Source: Lama guanicoe
Lineage: Eukaryota
Direction: 5' to 3'
NCBI GenBank assembly: GCA_013239625.1
Contig: MU057202.1
Coordinates: 2,865,101 to 2,929,100 of the forward strand
DNA: 64,000 nt
The position numbers and the translations under genes are program-made. Below the pieces are notes generated by a model. It searched no databases and had not been told where the DNA came from. It saw only the letters and a program-made list of their open reading frames with translations. This document shows positions 12,761-23,472 of this stretch, one piece after another (positions within the stretch are counted from its first letter, which is position 1; each line of letters starts with the position of its first letter).

Positions 12761-13519
12761 AGCTTCCCAGCGTGGCCTTTCTTCACAGTGGCCGCAGGAA
12801 ACTCTCCTTATGGGCTAAAAACCCCCTCACCTGACACTCAGGAACGGCTACATTTCCCCAAAAGACAAGAAATCCTTTGGCGTCCAAAGCAGACTCTGAA
12901 AGATCTCCCTCGCCGCTGGACACCATCGGTCTGTGGTGGCTGGGGCCGTCCACCCGGTCTGTGCTCTGCACCCAGCCAGACCGCCATGCCCCAGCCGCCA
13001 CCAAAGCCCCCATGCTCTTGTCTTGTGGCGAAGCAGAAATGACGCCGTGTCCCGCGTGCGCCTGTCGCGCTGCCTTGGACCGAGCGTTGTTCGGCACCCG
13101 CGCTGGGGAGCGGCCGCACCTTCTCAGAAGCAGGTGTGTGAGGAAGCTTGGCGCGCCGGTCTCTGTAGCAGGCGCCGGAACCCCGAGCGGCCCAAAGCCA
13201 GACTGTAAACTGTTGATTCCCTAGGAAGCTCTGTGATTGGAGAGGAAAAGGCAAACCTCTGCCAAAATGAACCACACCCAGAACACGGTCCCTTTGATTT
13301 GAGGTGTTACTTGCAGACTGTCAGTCTCCTTATCGCCCCAGGTGAAGCGGCGCTTATCCCGTCCCTGGGGGGCCGGCGGCGTTTGCTTCGTTTCTGGGCT
13401 GTTTTTCGCTGTTTATGTGACAGGCAGGTAACGGTGGAAGATAACGCGGGGAGGTGGCTTGTAGAGCCGCACCCCTGCCCCAGGGAGTCGTTTCAAGGCC
13501 ACAAAAATAAAAACACTGT

Positions 13520-13893
13520 TATCACTTGGGCTATTATTCAACCTGACAAAGGGAGGAAATCCTGACACCTGATACCACGTGGACGAACCTTGAGGACTCA
13601 GCGAAATTAGCTGGAGAAAGAGACATAGTGTGCGGTTGCACTCACATGAGGTCCCTAGAGCAGCCACTACTCAGAGACAGAAAGTAGGACGGTGGGCACG
13701 GGGGCCGGGGGCCGGGGGCCGGAGAGTGCGCGTGTCGGGGGGACAGAGCCCCAGTTTTGCAAGATGGGAAGAGCCGTGGGGTGGGTGGTGGTGACGGCGG
13801 CAGAGCACTGTGAATGCACCTAATACCACGGAGCTGTACACTGTAGGTGGGTGGTGCTTCTGTGTTACGTGTGTTTTACCACAATTAAAAAAA
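13520..13893 (+). mobile_element. Ancient L1 (L1MB-like) 3' fragment
   Basis: GGAAATCCTGACACCTGATACCACGTGGACGAACCTTGAGGAC...GAGACAGAAAGTAGGACGGTGG...TGTTTTACCACAATTAAAAAA. Confidence 0.75.
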
Positions 13894-13974
13894 CCCACAG
13901 TGAGAAACCATCACACCCCCTCCAGGATGACCACAATTAAGTGGTGGCCTGTCCTGAGCAATCACTTTGGAAAA

Positions 13975-14520
13975 CTCCTTGGCTTTGAGGATGGAGGAAG
14001 GGGACACAAGCCAAGGGACACACGTGCCTCTAGACGCTAGAAAAGGCCAGGAGCCTCCAGAGGGGCCCAGCTGTGCCTGCACCTTGAATGTGGGCTTCTG
14101 GCCTCCAGAACCGTGAGAAAGGTCTGTTGCTTGTAAGCGCCCCACCTCCACTGCTGCCTTGTGGCTGCTGGGGCTGAGCCGCATGCCCCTCAAGTTCACA
14201 CGCTGAAGCTGCAACGTGGTTGTATTTGGAGATGGGACTTCAGGAGGGAATTACGGCTAAATGAGGTCACGGTCCGATAGGGTCAGTGGCCTTTTAAGGA
14301 GAAGAGAGGGAGCTCTCTCAGTGTGCGTGTCCCTAGGAAAGGCCACATGGACAGAGCAAGAAGCCAAAAGAGCCCCCTCCAAGAACCAGGCCATGCTGGC
14401 ACCTTGATCTGGGACCTCCAGTGTCAGAACTGTGGGAAGGAAAATACATTCCTGCTGAATTTGAAGCCCACCCCAGCCCCGTTTCGGCAGCTCCAGGCAC
14501 TGGTGCAGCCCGGAACTCAG
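13975..14520 (+). mobile_element. Adjacent MaLR (MLT1-type) LTR fragments
   Basis: GGCTTTGAGGATGGAGGAAGGGG...CTTCTGGCCTCCAGAACCGTGAGA and GTATTTGGAGATGGG...TAAATGAGGTCA...GCTGGCACCTTGATCTGGGACCTCCAG...AGAACTGTG. Confidence 0.7.
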
Positions 14521-14893
14521 AACTGGGAAGGAAGGATGTTAGTCTCAGCCTCTGTGTTGCCTGGAAACCATGGGGCGACCATGTGTGTGGAGAAACAGGG
14601 CGCCCATCTGGAGAGAGGAAACCACGGGCCTGAGAGAGGGCTGGGCGGACGGCCTCAGTCGGCAGGGCTCGCTCGGGCCCTGAGACCCTCCGTGCCCCAC
14701 GTGTCCGCTCCCGGCTGTGCTCAAGCCTCTGTGAACTGACCCTTTTCCTTGCAGCTGAGAAGTGCCTGGACCAAAATCAAGACCTCTTTCTCTCTTTCTA
14801 ACGTCAGAGATTACATTTGATCAGACTGTGAAGCTTGGGCAACCGGCCTTTCTCTTTCTAAAGTCAGTTCTCCCATTAGCTCAGACACGGGAT

Positions 14894-15037
14894 TTAGGAT
14901 CCTGCGCCGTCCTCAGTGGCCTGGAAGGACGAGCGGACCGTGCGGTTCATCAGGGGTTGAAGGGGGCGGTAGTTGTTCGCCATTGTCTTCTCTTCTTCAC
15001 CAAGTGCAGTGACCAGGAGTGTGCGCAAGGCATCCAG
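14894..15037 (-). CDS. CA5A: CA5A exon 7, coding part to stop
   Basis: 144 nt after a CAG acceptor. Encodes [47 protein letters not shown], then TAA at 14896-14894; NYRPLQP motif. Exon sum 157+198+119+96+63+156+144 = 933 nt = 310 aa plus stop. Confidence 0.97.
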   Translation of the reverse strand: MDALRTLLVTALGEEEKTMANNYRPLQPLMNRTVRSSFQATEDGAGS

Positions 15038-15766
15038 CTGGAACGGAGGGTGAGCAGGGTGAGCTGGGTGCAGGTGCAGAGTGGGCCAGCGCCCGTACCC
15101 CTGTGTCTCGTGCCGTCCCCTCCACACTGAATCAAGGACCTATAGGACCACAGCGACGCGGCGGAGGTGACGCCTCCGGTGGGTCAGAAAAGGCTCTGCC
15201 GCTTCCTTCTTGGTTTCCTTCATGCCCTGCTCTGGGGAGCCCACCGCCATGCTGTGAGGATGGAGAGGCCCATGCGGAAGGGAAAGGGCCTCCAGCCAAC
15301 AGCCAGCACAGCTCGCCAGCCGCTTGAGTGAGCCGCGTCGGGGATGAGTCTCCCAGCCCCGGGGACATCTGACAGCAGCTCCGTGAGCCAGCCCCCGCCA
15401 GCCCCAGCCAGGCTCTGCCCCACGGCAACCCTCACACCCACGTGCGCCTACTGAGATCCCAATACGGCAGGGACTGTGTCCCAGCTCTAAGGCCACTTCT
15501 GCTCTTTGAAAGGGGTTTTACCCCAACATGGACTGAAGAGCTGGCACTCGCCTTGTCCGGCCATTCATCATCGGGAGACTTGCCACGCCCGGGTCCTGAC
15601 CACTGAGATTAGACAGTGCTAAATATAACTGTCCCCCCAGGTCCCCCCCCTCAGCCCTCCTTCCCTCCCTGTGTTTCTCCCAGTCTCTCCCTGTCTCCCT
15701 CTCGCACACCAATATCGCAGGGTCAGAAGGAGCTGTGCTCGGTCACCGGGTACAGGCGCAGCTCAC

Positions 15767-15922
15767 CTGGTCCTGAGCCACCTCAATGGGCTTCCTGTGG
15801 ACCATCCAGGTGACCGACTCGGAGAGCGGAGGCGTGGTGAGGGAGCCCAGGTACGTCCAGTAGTCCCGGCAGGCGGGCAGCAGGCGGGAGGGCTGGAAGG
15901 GGCCCACGGCCACCCGTGCGTC
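15767..15922 (-). CDS. CA5A: CA5A exon 6
   Basis: 156 nt, CAG acceptor, GTGAG donor. Encodes [52 protein letters not shown] with the GSLTTPP (Thr199) motif. Confidence 0.97.
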
Positions 15923-16159
15923 CTGGGAGAGAAGACCGCGTCAGCGCTCAGGAGGCGGCATTGCACTCGCTTTTATCTCAGGGAGGCAGCCTGGAGGGAC
16001 GCGTGTCCCTGAGACAAGGGCTGTGGCCGTGGTTGCCGCATTTGGAAACTGTAATAAGAAAATGTGAGCCTTCCTTGCAGAGCAGCGATGCCCACCACAG
16101 CCTCGTGGTTTTCTTTTAAAGTGACTCACTTCATGTGCTTTGGCTGTGAAGATACCACA

Positions 16160-16720
16160 CTTTTAAAGGCCGAGATGTAATAACATACACAATACAAAAC
16201 TGACAGTTTTAACCCATTTTAAGTGCGCGGTTCAGTGGCGTTAAGCACGTTCACGTTATTGTGCAACCATCGTCTCCATAACTTTTTCGACACTTCAGAC
16301 GGAAACTCTGTCCCCATGAACTACCCACCCCCCCCCCGCACCCGGCCCCCAGGACCCACCCTTCTCCTTCCTGTCTCTACGAATGTGCTGTTCTAGGGAC
16401 CTCATGGAAGTGGCATAATACAGGGTTTGTCCTCTAGTGGCTGACGTCTCACTCAGCAGCACGTCCTCAAGGTGCACCTGTGCATAGCCTGCGTCAGCAT
16501 CGCCTCCCTTCTTAAGGCGGAATCACATTCCGCTGTGCGGATGGGCCACGCTCTGTCTGGCCATCACCCGTCAGCGGACACCGGGGATGATTCCACCTCT
16601 GGGGAGTTGTGAGTCACGTTGCCACGAACACGGGTGTGTAAATCTCCACAAGACCCTGCCGTTGGTGACTCTGGGGACATACGCGGAGGCAGAAGTGCTG
16701 GATCCCACGGTGATTCTATG
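16160..16720 (-). mobile_element. Ancient L1 (L1MB-like) 3' fragment, minus strand
   Basis: Reverse-complement L1 3' end: CATTTTAAGTGCGCGGTTCAGTGGCGTTAAGCACGTTCACGTTATTGTGCAACCATC...CACTCAGCAGCACGTCCTCAAGG. Confidence 0.75.
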
Positions 16721-17109
16721 CTTATCGTCCCCAGCGCGAGGGCTGTGGAAATGACACATGTGCAGGATGTCCTGTGTGGGCCGGACTCCTTGACTCAGGC
16801 CGGGGTTTCCTTCTCACGGCGAGGGTGTGGGTGCAGTGGGCCCGGACAGCCCAGGTCTCTGTGCTGCCGGGAGCCCGTGTTCAGAGTTCATGTTTGCTTG
16901 CTTCCCATGCTTTGGAAGAGGACAGGGAGAAACCTGTCTCCGAGTTCCCAGGGACACCAGGGGGTCCCGGAATCACTCACACGCTCGTGGCTGCCTGTCG
17001 AGCACCTTTGGTAAACCCGCCTCTGTCTCTGGCCCTGGGGCTACAGGGCAGACAAAGCGGGCAAACCCCACCGCCAGACACCTGCACTGGAGGAAGGCAG
17101 ACGGCACAC

Positions 17110-17360
17110 AGAACTAGTGTAAAACACTCAACAGTCTACCCGGTGCCAAGTGAGACGGAGAAAAGGCCAGTAAGGCAGTGAAAGAAAGGCAGGGGTTTGC
17201 GGGGGGGCGGGGATGCAGTCCTGAAGGCCTCAGTGAGAAGGTGACGTTTGAGCAAAGGCATGGAGAAGGCAAAAGGGAAGAGCTTTCTAGCAAGAGACAC
17301 AGCCAGTGCAAAGGCCTTGAGGCAGGGTCCGGCCTGATGGCTGGAGGGCAGCAGAGGCCA
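17110..17360. mobile_element. L2 LINE remnant
   Basis: GAAGGCCTCAGTGAGAAGGTGACGTTTGAGCAAAG...CAGCCAGTGCAAAGGCCTTGAGGCAGG is a characteristic L2 segment. Confidence 0.55.
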
Positions 17361-18385
17361 CGCAGCTGGAACAGAAGCAATAAGCAGAGATGTGGGAGGT
17401 GGAGCCTGCAGATGGGGACACTCCTGCTTCTGCCCGGGGCTGGGGACCCCTGCAGAAGCCCGCCGCGAGGGGCCAGGGCTCTGGGGCCGTTGTCTGGATG
17501 GCGTAGAGACACAGCAGGGCTCTTGGCCAGTCTGCGCCTCGATGGAAGTCAAAGGTCTGGGCAGCTTCTGCTCAGAGGGGGCAGGATCCTCGGTGGCCCC
17601 TGGGCTTGGCAGGCCCAGGGTAGTAAAGCCAGTGAGACTGACAGGCCAGGGGGCTGTGGGCACTAACCACACTCAGGTGGAGCGAAGTGCCCACATGGGG
17701 CCCACCCCTGTGCCCGGCAGTGCGGGAGGACAGTCCCCAAGCACCTTGTGACAGGGCTGCACTCTGCACCCAACATCTCGTTCCCGACTGAACACAGCAT
17801 CGTTGAAATATGATTCACAGCACAGCACAGCACCCCCGCATCTCCGGCCTTCTGTATGTTCACAGGGGACCTGTGACCCGTCACCACATCAATCTTGGAA
17901 CACCTTAATCACCCCGAAACAGAACCCCAGAGAAAAGGGGCCCCACAGAATAGTCCCTGGTGGTCGTTGCCCCAGCCTCCCCTCCTGCCCTAACCCCACC
18001 GCCGGCCCCGCAGATCTGCCTGTTCTGGTCATCTCCCGAAACGCAGTCGCTTTGTACGTGGACCCCTGTGCCGGCTTCTCTCGCTCAGCATGGCGTCTTC
18101 AATGTCCAGCCCTGCTGTAGCAGGTGTCAGAGTGTCAGTCCTTCTCGTCACTGAGTCCACCACGTGGTCTCATCAGTTCTTGATGGACACAGGTCACATA
18201 CGCATGTGGGACAAAATGCTGAGAGGCCACACCCCCAGACCCCGGCCCAAAGGCCAGGGTGGGCCAGATGCCCTCTGAGGCTCCCTGGCTTCTCAGAACC
18301 ACACTTAGGTCTACTCTGTTGACGAAGAAAGACAATAATAAGTGACCTTCCCGAAGCCACGTAATTGGACGGCGGCAGAACCCAG

Positions 18386-18499
18386 ATGCCCCGGGAGGTC
18401 TGCCCCATCCCACAGAGCTGGACACCACGGGGATGACTCAATGCCCCGGGAGGTCTGCCCCATCCCACAGAGCTGGACACCACGGGGATGACTCAATGC
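18386..18499. repeat. Perfect tandem duplication, 2 x 55 bp, in CA5A intron 5
   Basis: ATGCCCCGGGAGGTCTGCCCCATCCCACAGAGCTGGACACCACGGGGATGACTCA at 18386-18440 and 18441-18495, followed by ATGC. Confidence 0.95.
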
Positions 18500-19634
18500 T
18501 GGAGATCTTAAAAGTCAACCCAGTATTGGGGGGCTGTGGGACTGTGACAAGTGGCTCAAGCCATCACCCTCCTACCACAAGGCAGAATCCTGCCTCTGAG
18601 GCAGGACTCTCCTCTCTTAAGATTCTAACTCTTATTTTTCAGGCGAGGAAACTGAGGCCCAGGGATGAGCGTTAGGGCCGGAATTGGGCCCAGGCAGCTT
18701 CCCTGGCTCTCCCGCTGACTCCTGCAGAGGCAAGCAGACCCCTGAGCAGTCAGCACCCCAGCAGCTCTGTTCTTTCCCACCAAGAGGTGGAGACCACACC
18801 AGTGGGAGGTGGATGCGGGAGGGGAACCTCCAGGTTTACTCTGGCCATGGACCAGTGAGAAAGCGGATGCTCCCAGCACCGCGACCTTGCTAAGTTCCTG
18901 AGCTGGCAGACGGGGCAGCAGGGGGCCACCTGGTCTGGTTCCAGGAGGCCGGCCGGAGGTTGACACCTCACAGATCAAACAGCCCCTCGAAGTGCCGAGG
19001 AAGGGCTGGCCCCCTGCTTCCATCTGGAGCCCCTCTCGCCATTGTTAGGACAGGTCGGAGCCCTTTCCGCCCCCACATCCAAGGACCGCACGGTGACCCC
19101 TTCCCTCCCGGAATCCTTCTGTTTGGTACTAAACAAATAAATGCAGTTTTCAGGAATTTCCATTTCTCCGTCAAAGTCCTTTCCCAGCTGATACTGGAGA
19201 AAAGTGCCTTTGTTGGCCTTGCTAATGGGGGGTGGGGTGGGCAGGGTGCCTGTGGGACCTCACCCCCAGCCCCGCCTCCCCGTGCTCCTGGGACGGGGCC
19301 CATGCTAGCGGGCCAGGTGGCCCCTGGGCAAACACTCTCCAACTGTGTGAATAGGTGGGAACTGACTTCAGTTGGTTTTAAAACAAACGTCATCACTGGT
19401 GGCTGCTGTTGTCTGAGAGAAGGCTGAAGTTTTTTTTAAAGTGGATCAATTTCATGAAAATACTAAGTAACTAATAGTTGCCCTGGCGAGTGCACACGGC
19501 AAACACCTTCGAGATGCTGCCTGAGTAAATTTTGGGAACCTGCTACTATACATTTTTTGTTTCCTTGCAAAGGAGTCCCGGCTCTAAACAATACTGCTTC
19601 TCCAGTTAAGCTGATTCCAAAGTCCAGAGCTCAC

Positions 19635-19697
19635 CTTGTGCTTTATGCCGGGCAAGACTCTCACCAGCTCCTGCAGCGCCTGGTGGTGGGCCCCCAG
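19635..19697 (-). CDS. CA5A: CA5A exon 5
   Basis: 63 nt, CAG acceptor, GTGAG donor. Encodes [21 protein letters not shown]. Confidence 0.94.
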
Positions 19698-19788
19698 CTG
19701 CTCGTGTGAAAGGGCGACAGGCACATGTCATTCTCAGTGGACTGTGTTTAAAAAGGGCAGCTCTCCTAATGAGCCCCAGCAAGCTTAC

Positions 19789-19884
19789 CTGCAAAAACAC
19801 GCCCAGCACAGCCAGGCCGTCCTCTCCTGTCACGGCTTCCTGGTAGTTCTGGTATCGCACCGCGTTCCAGTGAACCAGATGCAG
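19789..19884 (-). CDS. CA5A: CA5A exon 4
   Basis: 96 nt, CAG acceptor, GTAAG donor. Encodes [32 protein letters not shown] with the third zinc ligand His119. Confidence 0.97.
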
Positions 19885-21040
19885 CTGGAACACAGAGGGA
19901 GAATTCACACCGCTCGATGCAGCGAGACGTTCCGCGGCCGCCCCTCCTCCGGTGCGGCTGGTCTGTGCCCCTTTGATGATTTTAATGATTTTAATAAATT
20001 TGGGGCGGCCGGCCGGCTTGCAGCCAAATGCTTCAGCAAACCACTGAGAGCAGGGGCTCAGCGTTTCCAGTGGGGTTGGGGGGGGCGGGGGGAGAAGGGA
20101 GGCCCGCTTTAACTTCAGAAAACAGAAGTGCGTGCAGGGATGGCTGGCTACCTCTCAGATATCCTAGAACGAGGGTTGCCAGATCAAACACAGGCCTCTG
20201 TGAAATTTGAGTTTCACATAATCAATGAGGAAATTTTAATGAAAGTCTGCCCCCCGCCATAGCATTCATCCTGCCTCAGTCCTCCCCCTCCCCTGGACCT
20301 CACCTCTTTCCCCCCGCACCCTCCACAGTTTCCTAAACCAGACTCGGCATCAGGACTGGCCTGACCACAGGGATTTAAATCAGGGGCGAGGAGCCAGGCT
20401 GCCGGCGAGGAGGGCGGCAGAGCTGGACACCGGGTTCTGTGTGATGCAATCACGTGGCTGCAGGTGCGGAGTCGGGCTCAGAGCGGAGAACGGGCCTGGG
20501 CGTCCGTTCATCTCTCTGGCTACAGTGTGAATGGTGGTGGAGGCCTGTCTGAATGGTGACCCAGGCCCCGAGTCCACGAGGACTCGGCCAGAAGGGCCCC
20601 AGGCCTCCCCCAGCAGCTGCTGGATCCCAGGGCCTAGGGGCTCTGCTGGGGTGCGCGGTCCACTTGGCTCCAGGTGGCCTCTTGCTCCCAACAAGCCCCA
20701 GTGTTCCTGGCCAGGTGCACTGGGACACTGCAGGTGGCCCGGGCTCTCCCTGGCCTCCCACAGCCCACCTGGAACCCCCACCAGCTTCCAGAAATAAGGC
20801 CGGCTGGGCCCTAAGCCCCAACTCCCTCCCTCACGGACCCACCTCTGGAGCTGGCTTTGCCTTGCAAACCCCACAGGAATGACTTATTCCAACATCACAG
20901 GCCAGAGGCATGGCCAGGGAGGCCCCGCAGCCCCTTCTCAGCCTGCATCGGGGACAGCCCCTGGTGTGTCCCAAGCTGACCCTGCACCAGTGCTGATAGA
21001 CTGCAGTCACCTCCTCAGTCGACACATCTGCTCATGAAAA

Positions 21041-21130
21041 ACCAGGTACAGGCGCGCAGCGACCACGACCAACCAGAGTACCGGCACGCAGCAACCACGA
21101 CCAGGTACAGGCGCGCAGCGACCACGACCA
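21041..21130. repeat. CpG-rich minisatellite, 3 units of about 30 bp, in CA5A intron 3
   Basis: ACCAGGTACAGGCGCGCAGCGACCACGACCA is identical at 21041-21071 and 21100-21130, with a diverged middle unit. Confidence 0.9.
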
Positions 21131-22058
21131 GAGGCCTGCGGCTCACTGAAGGTGAGTATGTTGCAAGCCAAAATGAGGTTTCTTCATTTTTGTCATCTTT
21201 GTAAAAATGCGTGCAATTACAATAACAGATGTAATTCCCTGATTATGGACTGTCCCCAGAGGCCACCTCTGGCTGTGTGATGACAGTGATGTTCACTTCT
21301 TGGTTTGACTGGATTCTGGTCCTGTTTTAACCATAGTATTACCTCCACACAGCAGCGACACAAACAGTCCAGAACTTGAAATGCATTAAAAAGTGGGCAG
21401 CTGGTGGGTGGACAGAAGTGAAATAAAGTGAATACGGCAGAATGCTAACCATTGGATCCAGGTGGCACACGCAAGGGTTCTCAGTGTATAGTTCTTCCCA
21501 TTTTTTCTGTATGCTGGAAAAATTTCATAATAAAATACTGGGAGGCATCTGTAAGGCACCACTCATCACCCCAGTGACTACAACTCAAGCTCCTGACCTC
21601 GATCCCTACTCATTTCCTTTCCTGACTCTCATTTTGGGATGTTGCAAATAACACTTTGTTTTAAGAAGATAATTTCTATTGGAAAGGTTTTCTATTCTCA
21701 ATAGAGGGCCTCAAAGGGCAAGAAGCTGCTAGTCCGCAATTGGCCAGCAAGCACGCAGCTGAGTGAGCGCTGAGAGCAGACTGCTCTTGAATCCCAGCTG
21801 TCTGATTCTGGCAAGTTACAATACCACTCAGAACCTCAGTCTCTTCTTCAGTTCAGGGAAAGTGTTAACAGTACCCTCCCTTTAGGACAGTCATGAGGTC
21901 TAATGGGCAAGGAGGCCAATTGCTCTGGTGTGAGCACTGAGGGTCCCACGTGCCAGGAAACCTCTCCTTTCTGAGCAACCAGGAGGCTTGATCACTTGAC
22001 CATAGAGCCTGACGCGTGGGAAGCGCCACATGCCGGCTGCTAGGATGATGCTGCGAAC

Positions 22059-22177
22059 CTCGGCGGGGTACACGTGGCCGTCCACCGCGTGCTCTGAGCC
22101 CCACTCGTTCACTGCTCCCCAGTGGAAGTGGAACTGCTTTAGTCTGTAGAGATTTTCCAGGGGGCCGCCGCTCACTC
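22059..22177 (-). CDS. CA5A: CA5A exon 3
   Basis: 119 nt, CAG acceptor, GT donor. Encodes [40 protein letters not shown] with zinc ligands His94/His96 and the GSEH motif (CA II numbering). Confidence 0.97.
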
Positions 22178-23348
22178 CTGCAATGTGAAACAGTGGGAGC
22201 TGTGTGTTAGTCTCTTTGTTGACCTGCAGTGGTGCTGTGACACTTACACTGAGGTCGCATGATTTCTCTCTCAAGAGACTGCTGTCCTGCTGAAATGACA
22301 AACTGACAGGGGGGACCTCAACTGTCCCCATCACCTGGCCCCGAGGGCCCCCAGCTGCTCACAGTGAACACCTGAGCCGTGCAGGCGCCCGTGCTGCCAC
22401 TGGTGGTGGTAGGGCTCCAACCCCCCTGGGTGGCAACAAGGCAAAGAAAACCACTTCTGAGCGGCATGCCAGGGCTGTCGGATTTCCAGACTTTCCTTTA
22501 ATTAAAAAAAAAATTAAAAAGATGGCTTTTGAATGACAGAATATCAGATTAAACCACAGCACCAAATAATTTCATTAGCAGATATGTAATGAGCAAGATG
22601 TTTAAAGAAACGAATTCTGAGATACAGTCAGTCCAGTCTCACTATAGGGCCGCTTTGATTGGAACTGTCCTTTCTAAGTCGCCCCGAATCCCCAGAGAGG
22701 CTTCCCCAGGAGCTGTTAGCATGACGCTCAGGCTCAGCCCTAAGGATGTGTCATGGGGAACTCTGGCTCTGAACTGGGGTGTGGTGGGCCCCGTCCCCAC
22801 AGGCCCAAGGCCAGGGCTGGGAGTCTGCATCTGAACGAGCTCCCAGGGGCTCTGATGTGAGGGGGCCCTCCTCAGCTGCACTTTGCTAACAGATTTCCAC
22901 CACCAAGTGCTACAAATACAGCGGTAATGGCCGGACATCTTGCTTGTGATTGAGGTGAGCGTGGTGTGACAGTGGGGTGGCTGGGACAGCTCGGGAAGAC
23001 ACCGGCAGAACGAAGGTGTGAGGTCCTGGGGCAGCAGCTCCTTGACGCGGCAAAAGCAGGGAAGACATGTCAGCTGTGAAGGAGGCTGCTGAGAGTGTCC
23101 AGAACGCCTGGCTGGCAGAGTCCTCTGTTTGGTTTTCGCCATTAAAGGCGCTGGCAGCAGAGGGCATTGAAGCATAAAACAGAAAACAGATCCAGTTCGT
23201 GATTCCACCCCCGATCAAGTCCTGAATCCTGTCTGTCTTCACTCGAAAGGGAGCGTGTTGGCCTAGCATGTCAGCACAGCCACCTCGTCATGAGGTGTAT
23301 GGCTTTGTTCTCCTGACACATTACATCTCAATTTAAAAACACACACAG

Positions 23349-23472
23349 AGGGAGGCGGGTCTAGGTCAGTGATAGAACGCGTGCTTAGCATGCACAAGTC
23401 CTGGGCTCAATCCCCAGTGCCTCCGCTAAAAAATTACTAAGTAGGTAAATAAACCTAATCACCCCCTCCCCC
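23349..23472 (+). mobile_element. tRNA-Ala-derived SINE, camelid Vic-1 type
   Basis: tRNA-like head with A box, GTGCTTAGCATGCAC arm and B-box-like GGCTCAATCCC; tail AAATAAACCTAATCACCCCCTCCCCC; near-perfect 13-bp target-site duplication aaaacacacacag (23336-23348) / aaaacatacacag (23473-23485). Confidence 0.85.

Noticed and set aside
21041-21130. Repeat-spacer-repeat pattern superficially like a CRISPR array
   Set aside because: The middle unit is a diverged copy of the same repeat, and the DNA is mammalian intron with no cas genes.
23349-23430. tRNA-Ala-like sequence (also 26081-26155)
   Set aside because: Degenerate stems, SINE tail and TSDs show these are SINEs, not tRNA genes.
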